Assembly (NCBI GenBank): GCA_016199185.1
Contig: JACQHE010000039.1
Location: 1 to 41,943, forward strand
Source: Candidatus Gottesmanbacteria bacterium
Lineage (GTDB): Bacteria > Patescibacteriota > Microgenomatia > UBA10105 > UBA927
Length of the DNA stretch: 41,943 bases
Direction of reading: 5' to 3'
A program made the translations under genes and the position numbers. How positions within the stretch are numbered: the stretch's first letter is position 1; each line of letters begins with the position of its first letter. Shown piece by piece: positions 17,219 to 26,051 of the stretch. The notes beneath the pieces are model-generated. The model worked only from the letters and a program-made list of their open reading frames with translations, did no database searches and was not told the origin of the DNA.

Positions 17219-18185
17219 ACCTTATCCGACGCGCTTTTTCCTCCTCCTGGCTGTGGCTGTGGCCCTCGTTGCTGCCGGCTGGCTCTGGTGGCGCGATGCG
17301 ATTTCCGCGGTCAACCCGGGGGACAGCTCGCCGCAGATTTTTGTCGTCAAGCGTGGCGAGGGGGTCAAAAGCATTGCCGGGAGGCTTGCGATGGTCGGCT
17401 TGATCCGAAGTCCGACGGGATTTTACATCCTCGTTAAGCTCATGGGACTCGAGCGCGATCTGCAGGCGGGTGATTTTCGGCTCAATCCGGCCATGGATGC
17501 CGGGAGTGTCGCACGGGAGCTTACGCATGGGACGCTGGACGTGTGGGTGACCACGCTTGAAGGGTGGAGAGTGGAGGAAATAGCTGCAAAACTCACGAAA
17601 GAGCTGGATATTCCTGAAAGCGAGTTTGTCAAAGTCGCCCGTGAAGGGTACATGTTTCCGGATACCTACCTCATTCCCCGTGACGCGACCGTAGGAGCGG
17701 TGGCAGCGCTTTTTACCGCTACATTTGATAAGAAAGTTGATGAAGCAATGCGCGCGGATGCCAAGAAAACCGGATTAACGTTTCCGGAAGTAATGACGCT
17801 TGCCTCAATCGTCGAGCGGGAGGGAAGAACGAATGATGACCGGCCGGTGATTGCAGGAATTCTTCTCAAACGTTTGAAAGCCGATTGGCCACTCCAGGCG
17901 GATGCGACCCTCCAGTACGCGCTCGGGTATCAGACGGGGGAGAAGACGTGGTGGAAGAAATCATTATATGAGGAGGACAAAAAGGTGAAGTCCCCGTACA
18001 ATACGTACACCAATCCGGGACTGCCGCCCGGGCCGATTGCCAATCCGGGCCTTTCGGCTATCAAAGCCGTGATTTATCCCAAGGAATCCGATTACTGGTA
18101 TTACCTCCATGATCCCGAAGGCGTCGTGCATTACGCCAAGACGCTCGCGGAGCATAATAGCAACATCGCCAAGTACCTTCGATAA
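17205..18185 (+). CDS. mltG: Endolytic transglycosylase MltG
   Basis: TM anchor; EGYMFPDTY; ASIVERE; LQADAT; SPYNTY...GLPPGPIANPG. Confidence 0.95.
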   Translation: MKSNKPYPTRFFLLLAVAVALVAAGWLWWRDAISAVNPGDSSPQIFVVKRGEGVKSIAGRLAMVGLIRSPTGFYILVKLMGLERDLQAGDFRLNPAMDAGSVARELTHGTLDVWVTTLEGWRVEEIAAKLTKELDIPESEFVKVAREGYMFPDTYLIPRDATVGAVAALFTATFDKKVDEAMRADAKKTGLTFPEVMTLASIVEREGRTNDDRPVIAGILLKRLKADWPLQADATLQYALGYQTGEKTWWKKSLYEEDKKVKSPYNTYTNPGLPPGPIANPGLSAIKAVIYPKESDYWYYLHDPEGVVHYAKTLAEHNSNIAKYLR

Positions 18186-18202
18186 TCTTCAATACTTGAT
18201 AT

Positions 18203-19312
18203 ATGAGTGCCACCATCACATGTACCCACTGCGGAGCCCAAATAGAAATCACCAAGGCGCTCCTTCATGAAGTGGAGGACCAGGTCAAAGATCGCGTGTG
18301 GGAAGAGGCCACGAAAGCGGCGAGGGAGAAGGCGACTGCAGACATTTCTGTGGCGATGAAGGACCGCGAGAATCAAGTTGCGGAACTGCGTGAGCAGAAT
18401 AAATCGCTTACCGGGCAACTTCTCGATCTGAATAAATCCATCAGAGATCTGAAAAGTCAGGATGAAAAACGTTCACTCGAATATGAGAAGCGATTGAATG
18501 AAGCGATAGACAGAAACCGCGAAGAACTTGCCAAAACGTTTGGCGAGAAGTCCCAGATGGAAGTCCTGGAGCTCAAAAAACAACTCGAGGATACCAAAAA
18601 AGCCCTCGATGACGCCAAAAACAAGTTGGCGCAGAAGTCCCAGCAACTCCAGGGCGAGGTCCTGGAGCTTAATATCGAAGAAAAGCTAAAAAGCGCTTTT
18701 CTTTATGATGATATTGCCCCTGTCGGGAAGGGTACCCAGGGCGCAGACATCATTCAGACGGTCAAAAATCAGGCGGGCAAAGCTGCAGGTATCATCCTTT
18801 GGGAAACGAAACGCGCTAAGTGGACGCCCAGTTGGCTCCCGAAACTTCGTGAGGACGGACGGAATGCCGGCGCTACCATAGTTGTACTTATTTCTGAAAG
18901 CGTACCGGAGGACATAGGGACGTTTGCCATGCGGGAGGGAGTTGTCGTTACCACGTACCCATTTATCTTGCCGCTGGCGGAACTTTTGCGCCGGGCCGTC
19001 ATGCAGGTCGCCCAGGCCCGGTCGGTTGCCGCCAACAAAGACGAGAAGTTAGAGTTCTTGTATCAATATTTAAGCAGCGACACGTTCCGCCACCGGTTTG
19101 AAGCGTACGCGGAGACCATCAAGGGCATGGAAGAGGATCTGGCCACCGAGCGCCGGAGCATGGAGCGGCTCTGGAAGAAGCGCGAGATGCAGATCCGCCG
19201 CTCTTTGGATAACATGGCCAAGATGTACGGCGAGCTCCAGGGCATCATGGGCCCGGCACTTCCCGAGATCCGCGTCTTCTCCCTGCCGGAAGGATCAGAG
19301 GATTCTTCTTAA
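18203..19312 (+). CDS. DUF2130 domain coiled-coil protein
   Basis: N-terminal CTHC; long coiled coil; SQQLQGEVLE; GADIIQ; ILWETKR...WLPKLREDGR. Confidence 0.88.
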   Translation: MSATITCTHCGAQIEITKALLHEVEDQVKDRVWEEATKAAREKATADISVAMKDRENQVAELREQNKSLTGQLLDLNKSIRDLKSQDEKRSLEYEKRLNEAIDRNREELAKTFGEKSQMEVLELKKQLEDTKKALDDAKNKLAQKSQQLQGEVLELNIEEKLKSAFLYDDIAPVGKGTQGADIIQTVKNQAGKAAGIILWETKRAKWTPSWLPKLREDGRNAGATIVVLISESVPEDIGTFAMREGVVVTTYPFILPLAELLRRAVMQVAQARSVAANKDEKLEFLYQYLSSDTFRHRFEAYAETIKGMEEDLATERRSMERLWKKREMQIRRSLDNMAKMYGELQGIMGPALPEIRVFSLPEGSEDSS

Positions 19313-19560
19313 AGCGGGAGCGGGCGTTGGGGTGACGGCGGCTCTTTGTGGGGTGGGGCGTGCTTGGCTTTTTCTTTTTCTTCAATGGTCTCGGCGACCA
19401 TGTACTCCAGAAGATCACTGCGGGCAATCGCGTAAATCCCGTGACCACCGGCAGACAGGTGCCGGGCTTTGAGCCTCTTGCCCTCGATCCACCGCCGGAT
19501 GGTCCCGGGATGTTTATGGAGAAACGTGGCCGCCTCCTCAACCGTCACAATATCGTTCAC
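19309..19560 (-). CDS. Excisionase-like / MerR-type HTH DNA-binding protein
   Basis: VTVEEAATFLHKHPGTIRRWIEGKRLKA; GTG start; TGTTATACT extended -10 lies 10 nt upstream. Confidence 0.8.
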   Translation of the reverse strand: MNDIVTVEEAATFLHKHPGTIRRWIEGKRLKARHLSAGGHGIYAIARSDLLEYMVAETIEEKEKAKHAPPHKEPPSPQRPLPL

Positions 19561-19794
19561 AGCAGCTCATAGTATAACACGTGGAGAGAGATGTATACTT
19601 AATGCATGGACAGGACGCTGCGGATAACCATACGGGTAAGGAAATATCTTTGGAAAGACTTTGTCTACGACGTGTGTTATGTGCTGTATGCAACCATCAT
19701 GATTGCCAACGCGTTGTCGAAACGGTATCTTAAGTGTTCAATTCCCGCGCTTTGTCTTCGGATGCGCGTCCCTGTGGTGAAGTTAGGCGAGTCG

Positions 19795-19920
19795 ATGGAT
19801 TCCATCCTAAAAAACTCCGTTCTGTTTTTTTTACTCATCTCGTTCGGAATTGCCGGGCTCTTGTATACGGCCGGCATCCCCATCATCCTCTTCCTCGCCG
19901 CCATGGGCCGGATACAGTAA
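19795..19920 (+). CDS. Putative small membrane peptide (41 aa)
   Basis: MDSILKNSVLFFLLISFGIAGLLYTAGIPIILFLAAMGRIQ; hydrophobic, with no recognised family. Confidence 0.35.
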   Translation: MDSILKNSVLFFLLISFGIAGLLYTAGIPIILFLAAMGRIQ

Positions 19921-19939
19921 GAAAAAACAGAATACCCCA

Positions 19940-19984
19940 CCCCCTACATTTTGGCCGCAGAGGGGTATACAATAGGGCAGAATG
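19940..19984 (+). repeat. 45-bp direct repeat, copy 1 (contains TACAAT and a terminal ATG)
   Basis: ccccctacattttggccgcagaggggtatacaatagggcagaatg; 44/45 identical to 20741-20785. Confidence 0.95.
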
Positions 19985-19995
19985 CTTCAAAATCT

Positions 19996-20652
19996 ATGGC
20001 ATATATTTTCCTCGATGAGAGCGGGGACTTAGGTTTTACTTCTGGGAAGAAGAACTCCGACTATTTTGTCATCACATTTATAGCCTGTGAAGACAAACGG
20101 GCGCTTGAGAAAGTGGTAAAAAATGTTCATCGATCTCTCCGGAAAAAGATCAAACGATTATCAGGTGGCGTACTTCATTGTTACAAGGAGAAGCCGAAAA
20201 CCCGCAGAAAAATGCTGTCGATAGTATCAGGTCTTGAGATTTCTGTAATGACGGTCTGTTTAAATAAGAGTCGTGTCCATACAAACCTCAAAGAAGAAAA
20301 ACACCTATTATATAACTACGTTGCCAATATCCTTCTTGATAGAATTTTGACCAAGAAACTTGTTAGTACGAGCGGAAAAGTTACGCTCATCGCTTCCAAG
20401 CGGGAAACCAATAGATTCTTAAACGAAAATTTTTCCTCTTATTTAGCAGATCAAGCTCGAAGGAATCACAAGATGAATCTGGAAATACTGATTCGGACCC
20501 CATCAGAAGAAAAAGGATTGCAGGCTGCCGATTTTGTCAGCTGGTCAATCTTTAAGAAATATGAAGAAAGTGATGATACCTACTACAAAATGATTAAAAA
20601 GAAGATTGTTGAAGAGAATATGCTTTTCGGCTCCAATACGACAAAACCCTAG
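19996..20652 (+). CDS. DUF3800 domain protein
   Basis: N-terminal YIFLDESGD and C-terminal GLQAADFVSW signature motifs. Confidence 0.88.
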   Translation: MAYIFLDESGDLGFTSGKKNSDYFVITFIACEDKRALEKVVKNVHRSLRKKIKRLSGGVLHCYKEKPKTRRKMLSIVSGLEISVMTVCLNKSRVHTNLKEEKHLLYNYVANILLDRILTKKLVSTSGKVTLIASKRETNRFLNENFSSYLADQARRNHKMNLEILIRTPSEEKGLQAADFVSWSIFKKYEESDDTYYKMIKKKIVEENMLFGSNTTKP

Positions 20653-20705
20653 GCGCTATTTACGAGGAACCATCCGGAACCCCACGTCTAGGGATTTACT
20701 TGTCA
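20640..20705 (-). ncRNA. Candidate DUF3800-associated structured RNA (strand uncertain)
   Basis: Stem ccctaggcg (20647-20655) / cgtctaggg (20685-20693) encloses ggaacc twice; minus-strand TATAAT at 20717-20712; UUUU follows the stem on the minus strand. Confidence 0.5.
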
Positions 20706-20740
20706 CCTGTTATTATACACGAACCGTCAAGTCCGTGCAC

Positions 20741-20785
20741 CCCCCTACATTTTGACCGCAGAGGGGTATACAATAGGGCAGAATG
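20741..20785 (+). repeat. 45-bp direct repeat, copy 2 (promoter and start codon of the R-M gene)
   Basis: ccccctacattttgaccgcagaggggtatacaatagggcagaatg; its final ATG is the R-M start at 20783. Confidence 0.95.
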
Positions 20786-23700
20786 AGTAATTCCTTGCAT
20801 GATATAAAACAGTTGTGGGCGAAGGATAAAGATTACTACCGCAAAGTTGAGGTTGGGACGGGTGTGCAAAGTTTTGTTAAAAAGCTCCTCGAGTCTGAAG
20901 AGATATTTAATCTTAACGAAGGTAAACTATCTACAAATACTCTCATAAGAAAAAACGAATTCATTCAAGAAAAAGATGCGAAAGAGAGGCGGAGAGCTGA
21001 TTTCTATATTTACATTACCCAAGATATCGCCATACCCATCGAGGTCGAGTGTTACGGAAATATCAAGGCGGGAGTTATACAATTACTTAACTACCAAAAA
21101 GATTTCGACAAGCATTATGGAATACTTACTGATGGCTATGAGTGGCGATTCTATAATAACAACGCTTACAAAGCATTCACCTTAGACGACATTTTCGAAC
21201 ATATCGATCCTTTCCTCACTTTTTGGAAGGAATATATCAAACCAGAGTTTTACTATCTTTCATTCTTTGAAAGGACAGGACAACTCGCACTTATTGAAGA
21301 AACAAAACTTCATGTTGAAGACAATCGTCAACTTTTCTTTGAGGATATCACCAAGCTTATTCAGTCGTTTAAGAACAAGCTACAAATTGAGGGGTATCTT
21401 AAAGAAGTAGACAAAAAGACGCGAGAGAAACGAGCAATTGAGCTAACCTATGCCTACGTCATCCAATTTATTCTCTACAAAACATTGGTGGACAATGACT
21501 TCGACGATTTCACTAAAGAATTTGAAACAACCGTTACCAAGATACATGAGTCTCTAAAAGATAAGCGGTACAAGGATATCTTAGGTATTATCGAAGGCAT
21601 CTCGGCTAATATTTCAAGGAATGTCTATCGCCCATTCACTAAAGAGCAGGAGTTTATAAAAGAGAAGATTCAAGAGCTATATCATAGCCTTGAAAATAGC
21701 CTCTCTGACGTTTCCCCATGGCTTGATATCTTCATTTTTATCAAGAAATACAACTACGCTAACGTCAGAAACGAAATTTTTGGTTACATCTATGAAAACT
21801 ATCTAAAGGAACTTTACGAAGAAAGCAAGAAAGGTCAATACTTCACCGATCCGGCAGTCGTTAACTTTATGCTTGACCAAATCGGCTATACCCCAGAAGT
21901 TGTGGCAAGAAGAGCATCACAAGATCCCGATAGCGTCTCCATCATCGACCCCTCTTGTGGTAGCGGTACATTCCTTTACTCAGCAACGGATTCGATAGTC
22001 AAAGCCTTTCAAGGCGATAGTGAAGAAGCTTCCGAAAAGATTGAGAAAGTAGTTACTAATGGTGTTTTCGGACTCGACATTGAAGAGTTCCCTCTTTATT
22101 TGGCTGAGATGAATATCTTGATGCGTATGCTTCCTCTTATCATCAACGAAAAGTACAACAATCCCATTGACAAGAAAATTAAAGTTTTCAAAACAATGGA
22201 TTCAGTCTCTGAGTTTATGGACACCGCACTTAGAAATACTATTAACGATACAAATGTTGAGTTTGAGAAGAACAAGGGTCAGACATCGTTATTCTCGATA
22301 TTTGAGAAAAAGTTGAACCTTGGTTACTCAAGTTATGTTCGTGATGAAGATGACCTGCAGGAAATGAAAACGAGCCTTGAAAATCAGCCTGATGTTCCAA
22401 GACGACGTTTTGACTATGTTATCGGCAATCCACCTTATATTCCATATAACGAATGCGCAAAACAACGTGTGCTTATATTTGAATTGATGAAGCAGGGCAA
22501 GTCAAAATTAAGCGATATATATGGAGTAAATTTGCATAGTACTCCAACTCGACAAAAAAGAAATCCTCCAAAACCAAATTTTTATGCATTTTTCATAGCA
22601 CTTGGATTGGCCTTACTAAAAGATGAAGGCAAATTATGTTTCATTGTTCCTCAAACAATATTGACGGCTGGGGACTTAGATATTATTCGATATCACTTAG
22701 TTAAACTTACGACAATTGAGAAGGTTATTACATTTAGTGGGAAGATGTTTTTAGGGCGTGGGCTTAGACAAAATAAACCTGTTGCTACATCAAGTTTAAT
22801 CTTTGTTGTAACAAGAAAGGTTCCACCAACACTTCATGAAGTTGATATAGTGAATTACTTTGGTTCAGACATAGACATAGAAACTATATTTAGGAACATT
22901 AGAGAAGGAAAAAAAATTAAGAAAAAGAGAATCCTCCAATCAAAGCTGCTCCAAAGTATAGAAAATTGGAATCTAATTAGGTTAGATAAACAAACAATTG
23001 ACTTCTTAGAGGAATATAAAGCTAAAACCAACGATTTAAGTGAATACTACACTCACTCTTTAGCAGATTTTCACTATAAGAGTAACTTCTATTTTGACAT
23101 TGGCTACGAAATCAACGAGAAATTACTTTTACAAGAACCCTCAGTCTATAAATACCCAAAGTTGGACATCAATTTTTCGGTTAAAAAATGGAGAGGTTTT
23201 TGGCCGAACGAAAGAAATAAAAATTCCCGATATTTCATCAAGCTTCTGACCACTAATCAAGGCCATAATTTACTAGATAGTCCCTTCAAAGTATTATGGT
23301 CTTACATCAATCCGAATAAATTCCACTTTTCATCGGAACCTTTGATATGGGCAAGGAATCAAATATGTGCAATTGGTAGCAAAAACAAAGAAGAAATATT
23401 GTATCTTTTTTGTCTGCTCAACTCACCAATTACAAAACTGATTCTTTCATCTTTATTGAGGTCAGAGAATGAAAAGGATTTTTTGATCTCCATCGCTTCA
23501 GTTAAAGGGTTTATTCGTGTACCACGAATAACTGATAACAACAAACACCTCAAAAATTCAGTCATAAGTTTGACCGTAAAGCTCTTGGACTTAGAGAAAT
23601 TAACTCTTGCAGATTTAGTTGACTTCTCAGGGACCTTAAAACAAAAATTTGACAAAGTTAATGTTCAGGATAGCTATCTCGTTTTAGAAAAAGACGGCGA

Positions 23701-23992
23701 GAAGTTAGAGTTGCCAATCAAGAAGGATACATTATTAGTTAGTAAAATTATTGAGGCTCACTACACCAAAAAAGGTCTTGATTTAGAAGGTAAAACGATT
23801 ACCCTGTCGGAACTTGTATCACTACCCGCGATTGACTTTGAGAAACAAAAAAAGATCAAGGATACTATAGATGATTTAGTTTTTTGTCTCTATTTCAATA
23901 TAGATATACCGAAAAATAAAGTCACCGACGTAAAATTTATTAAATCCAGCTGCGAGAAGAATAAGTTTTATAAACTAGTAAACCATGAATAA
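20783..23992 (+). CDS. Type IIG-like restriction-modification fusion (nuclease + N6-adenine methyltransferase + target recognition region)
   Basis: N-terminal ADF...IEVEC...QLLNY...GILTDGYEW; GQYFTD; motif I IIDPSCGSGTFL; motif IV VIGNPPY. Confidence 0.88.
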   Translation: MSNSLHDIKQLWAKDKDYYRKVEVGTGVQSFVKKLLESEEIFNLNEGKLSTNTLIRKNEFIQEKDAKERRRADFYIYITQDIAIPIEVECYGNIKAGVIQLLNYQKDFDKHYGILTDGYEWRFYNNNAYKAFTLDDIFEHIDPFLTFWKEYIKPEFYYLSFFERTGQLALIEETKLHVEDNRQLFFEDITKLIQSFKNKLQIEGYLKEVDKKTREKRAIELTYAYVIQFILYKTLVDNDFDDFTKEFETTVTKIHESLKDKRYKDILGIIEGISANISRNVYRPFTKEQEFIKEKIQELYHSLENSLSDVSPWLDIFIFIKKYNYANVRNEIFGYIYENYLKELYEESKKGQYFTDPAVVNFMLDQIGYTPEVVARRASQDPDSVSIIDPSCGSGTFLYSATDSIVKAFQGDSEEASEKIEKVVTNGVFGLDIEEFPLYLAEMNILMRMLPLIINEKYNNPIDKKIKVFKTMDSVSEFMDTALRNTINDTNVEFEKNKGQTSLFSIFEKKLNLGYSSYVRDEDDLQEMKTSLENQPDVPRRRFDYVIGNPPYIPYNECAKQRVLIFELMKQGKSKLSDIYGVNLHSTPTRQKRNPPKPNFYAFFIALGLALLKDEGKLCFIVPQTILTAGDLDIIRYHLVKLTTIEKVITFSGKMFLGRGLRQNKPVATSSLIFVVTRKVPPTLHEVDIVNYFGSDIDIETIFRNIREGKKIKKKRILQSKLLQSIENWNLIRLDKQTIDFLEEYKAKTNDLSEYYTHSLADFHYKSNFYFDIGYEINEKLLLQEPSVYKYPKLDINFSVKKWRGFWPNERNKNSRYFIKLLTTNQGHNLLDSPFKVLWSYINPNKFHFSSEPLIWARNQICAIGSKNKEEILYLFCLLNSPITKLILSSLLRSENEKDFLISIASVKGFIRVPRITDNNKHLKNSVISLTVKLLDLEKLTLADLVDFSGTLKQKFDKVNVQDSYLVLEKDGEKLELPIKKDTLLVSKIIEAHYTKKGLDLEGKTITLSELVSLPAIDFEKQKKIKDTIDDLVFCLYFNIDIPKNKVTDVKFIKSSCEKNKFYKLVNHE

Positions 23993-24120
23993 TATTTATT
24001 CCCCTATTTAGAGGGGAACTAGCTTTACTAATAGAAATGTTAGATTTTATGTTTGAAGCACAATTTAGAAAAATCAGCAAAGGTTGAATAATAGGATTAG
24101 ACATCGGCGTGTGTATTTGT

Positions 24121-24935
24121 ATGCAGACTTTTTCTAAAAGAAACAATCTTAAAGGTGAATATTCCGGTTATGGAAGAGCATCTCTGAGTCTTAGAAATAG
24201 ACTACTCCAATTATATGGACTCCCTTATAGTGGCAATGAATTCCACTTCGGTTTGGGTAACACCAATTGGATACATGAAATTGCTTTTAGCAAAGATTTA
24301 CAAATGCATTTTGGTCGAATAATTCCAATCGAAGCCTTTCGGGATGAATCACTAACAACTTATGATGAAATATTTGATTTTATTGAGCTTTATTATGCCC
24401 GAGCTGTTGAGGATTTAGATGGGCACAAAAGGTTAATACTTATTAGAGATATTGTCACAGCGTTTAATAGTTCTGGTTCTGTTTATGAATTCAGCAATGA
24501 TGGAGAAGTAATTTTGAGGATTGATGACGATACTGCTGAAAAAATCACCGAAGTAGACACCATTCTTAAGCCTTTTCCTGAGGCTCAGGAAGTGTATAGG
24601 GATTGCGCTAGAGGCTTATTTACTCGCTCAAAAGTCCCTAAAAACGTTGTGGGAGACATGTATGTAGTTTTTGAGGAATATCTAAAAAAAGTAGTCATCA
24701 AAGTACAGTAGATAAAGCAATCCAACATTTGCTGACTAAGCTATTATTACACCCAACTCAAATTTCAATAACTGAAAAATTAAAAGCCTACCGTGGAGAT
24801 GTTTGGGGACCGGCTCACGCAGGAAATAGCCCGAAGCCAGATGAAAGTGATGCTTTATGGTATTTGGAGTCGATTGTTGCGCAAATAAAATACATCGATC
24901 GTAAAATCAAGCAAGTTGAAGAAAAAGAAAATTAA
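24121..24935 (+). pseudogene. AbiJ-like / HEPN abortive-infection protein split by a -1 frameshift at an A7 run
   Basis: N-terminal TFSKRNN...LRNRL; first frame stops at 24711; the -1 frame is open from 24675 and reads KSSHQSTVDKAIQHLLTKLLLHP...YRGDVWGPAHAG. Confidence 0.6.
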
Positions 24936-24970
24936 CCACCTATGCACATCAACCCTGTGGGTTAGATAGG

Positions 24971-25000
24971 TTTTTGGATATGTTTTTGCACAAAAGCATG
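24971..25000 (+). repeat. Imperfect palindromic direct repeat upstream of Bro-N #2
   Basis: tttttggatatgtttttgcacaaaagcatg; 23/30 ungapped match to 25871-25900. Confidence 0.45.
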
Positions 25001-25009
25001 ATGAAAGAA

Positions 25010-25870
25010 ATGAAACAGACGAAATACAAATTGGCAATTTTTGAAGGTCGGAAGATCCGCCGCCATTGGGATGCGGAGAAAGAACTCTGGTATTTTTCAG
25101 TGGTGGATATTGTGGCTATCCTAACAAATCAGCCAAACTTTCAGTTAGCCAGAAATTACTGGAAAGTATTGAAAAGTCGTTTAAAAAAAGAGGGGAGTGA
25201 AGCGGTTTCAAAATGTAACCGGTTGAAAATGGAGGCGGAAGACGGAAAATTAAGAGAAACTGACGCGGCGGATGTAGAAACGATTTTGCGATTAGTGCAA
25301 TCAATACCCAGCCCCAAAGCCGAACCGATAAAGTTATGGTTGGCGCGTGTGGGCTACGAACGAATCCAGGAAACAACAGATCCGGAAAAGTCCATAAACA
25401 GGGGCAGAATGAATTGGCAAAAAATGGGCCGGAGTCAAAAGTGGATACAGCAGCGAATGATGGGACAGGAAATCCGCAACAAGTTAACGGATTACTGGAA
25501 ACATCACGAAGTAAAAGAACAGGACGAATACGCGATTTTGACAAATATTATTCATGAGGAATGGAGCGATTTTTCAGTAAGGGAACATAAAGCAATTAAA
25601 AGGCTTAAAACAGAAAACCTCCGCGACCATATGACGGACGCGGAACTGGTATTTACTGCCCTTGCGGAACTTTCCACGCGACAAATTGCCGAAACAATGA
25701 GATCAAGAGGTTTGGAAGAAAATAAAATTCCTGCTAAAAAAGGCGGCCGGATTGCTAAAAACGCCAGACTAGAGTTGGAGCAAAAAACCGGAAAGAAGGT
25801 CATCAGCGGGTCAAATTATCTTCCGCAAGGACGAAAAAGATTGTGGAAATCAACCCGAGGGGTTAAATAA
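25010..25870 (+). CDS. Bro-N domain protein (second paralog)
   Basis: WYFSVVDIV, LKMEAEDGKLRETD, QSIPSPKAEPIKLWLARVGYER, ENLRDHM; alternative ATGs at 24998 and 25001. Confidence 0.9.
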   Translation: MKQTKYKLAIFEGRKIRRHWDAEKELWYFSVVDIVAILTNQPNFQLARNYWKVLKSRLKKEGSEAVSKCNRLKMEAEDGKLRETDAADVETILRLVQSIPSPKAEPIKLWLARVGYERIQETTDPEKSINRGRMNWQKMGRSQKWIQQRMMGQEIRNKLTDYWKHHEVKEQDEYAILTNIIHEEWSDFSVREHKAIKRLKTENLRDHMTDAELVFTALAELSTRQIAETMRSRGLEENKIPAKKGGRIAKNARLELEQKTGKKVISGSNYLPQGRKRLWKSTRGVK

Positions 25871-25900
25871 TTTTTTGATTCTGTTTTGCATAAAAACATG
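25871..25900 (+). repeat. Imperfect palindromic direct repeat downstream of Bro-N #2
   Basis: ttttttgattctgttttgcataaaaacatg, immediately after the stop codon. Confidence 0.45.
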
Positions 25901-25916
25901 GAAGGAGAACGGACGT

Positions 25917-26051
25917 ATGAAAAGGAAAAAATATGGAACGCAAAAACCAGTGTGCGGGGTGTACGGCAGCGGCCGGAAGACTTTGCCTGCGTACACTTAT
26001 ACAACGATCCGCGCCAAGGACCGCCAATTCATTAGAGCAAAACTGATATGA
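25917..26051 (+). CDS. Putative 44-aa basic peptide
   Basis: MKRKKYGTQKPVCGVYGSGRKTLPAYTYTTIRAKDRQFIRAKLI; AAGGAG upstream; ATGA overlap with the next gene. Confidence 0.35.
   Translation: MKRKKYGTQKPVCGVYGSGRKTLPAYTYTTIRAKDRQFIRAKLI

Noticed and set aside
19606..19794. N-terminal extension of the 104-aa ORF 19606-19920
   Set aside because: No motif or SD support; only the hydrophobic last 41 codons are kept, at low confidence.
20712..20730. Minus-strand TTGACG as the -35 of the candidate RNA promoter
   Set aside because: It is only 7 nt from TATAAT, which is incompatible with sigma70 spacing; only the -10 is claimed.
23999..24018. ttcccct...aggggaa hairpin as a third copy of the 45-bp repeat
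   Set aside because: It shares only the cccct/agggg dyad and is more simply a short hairpin after the R-M stop.
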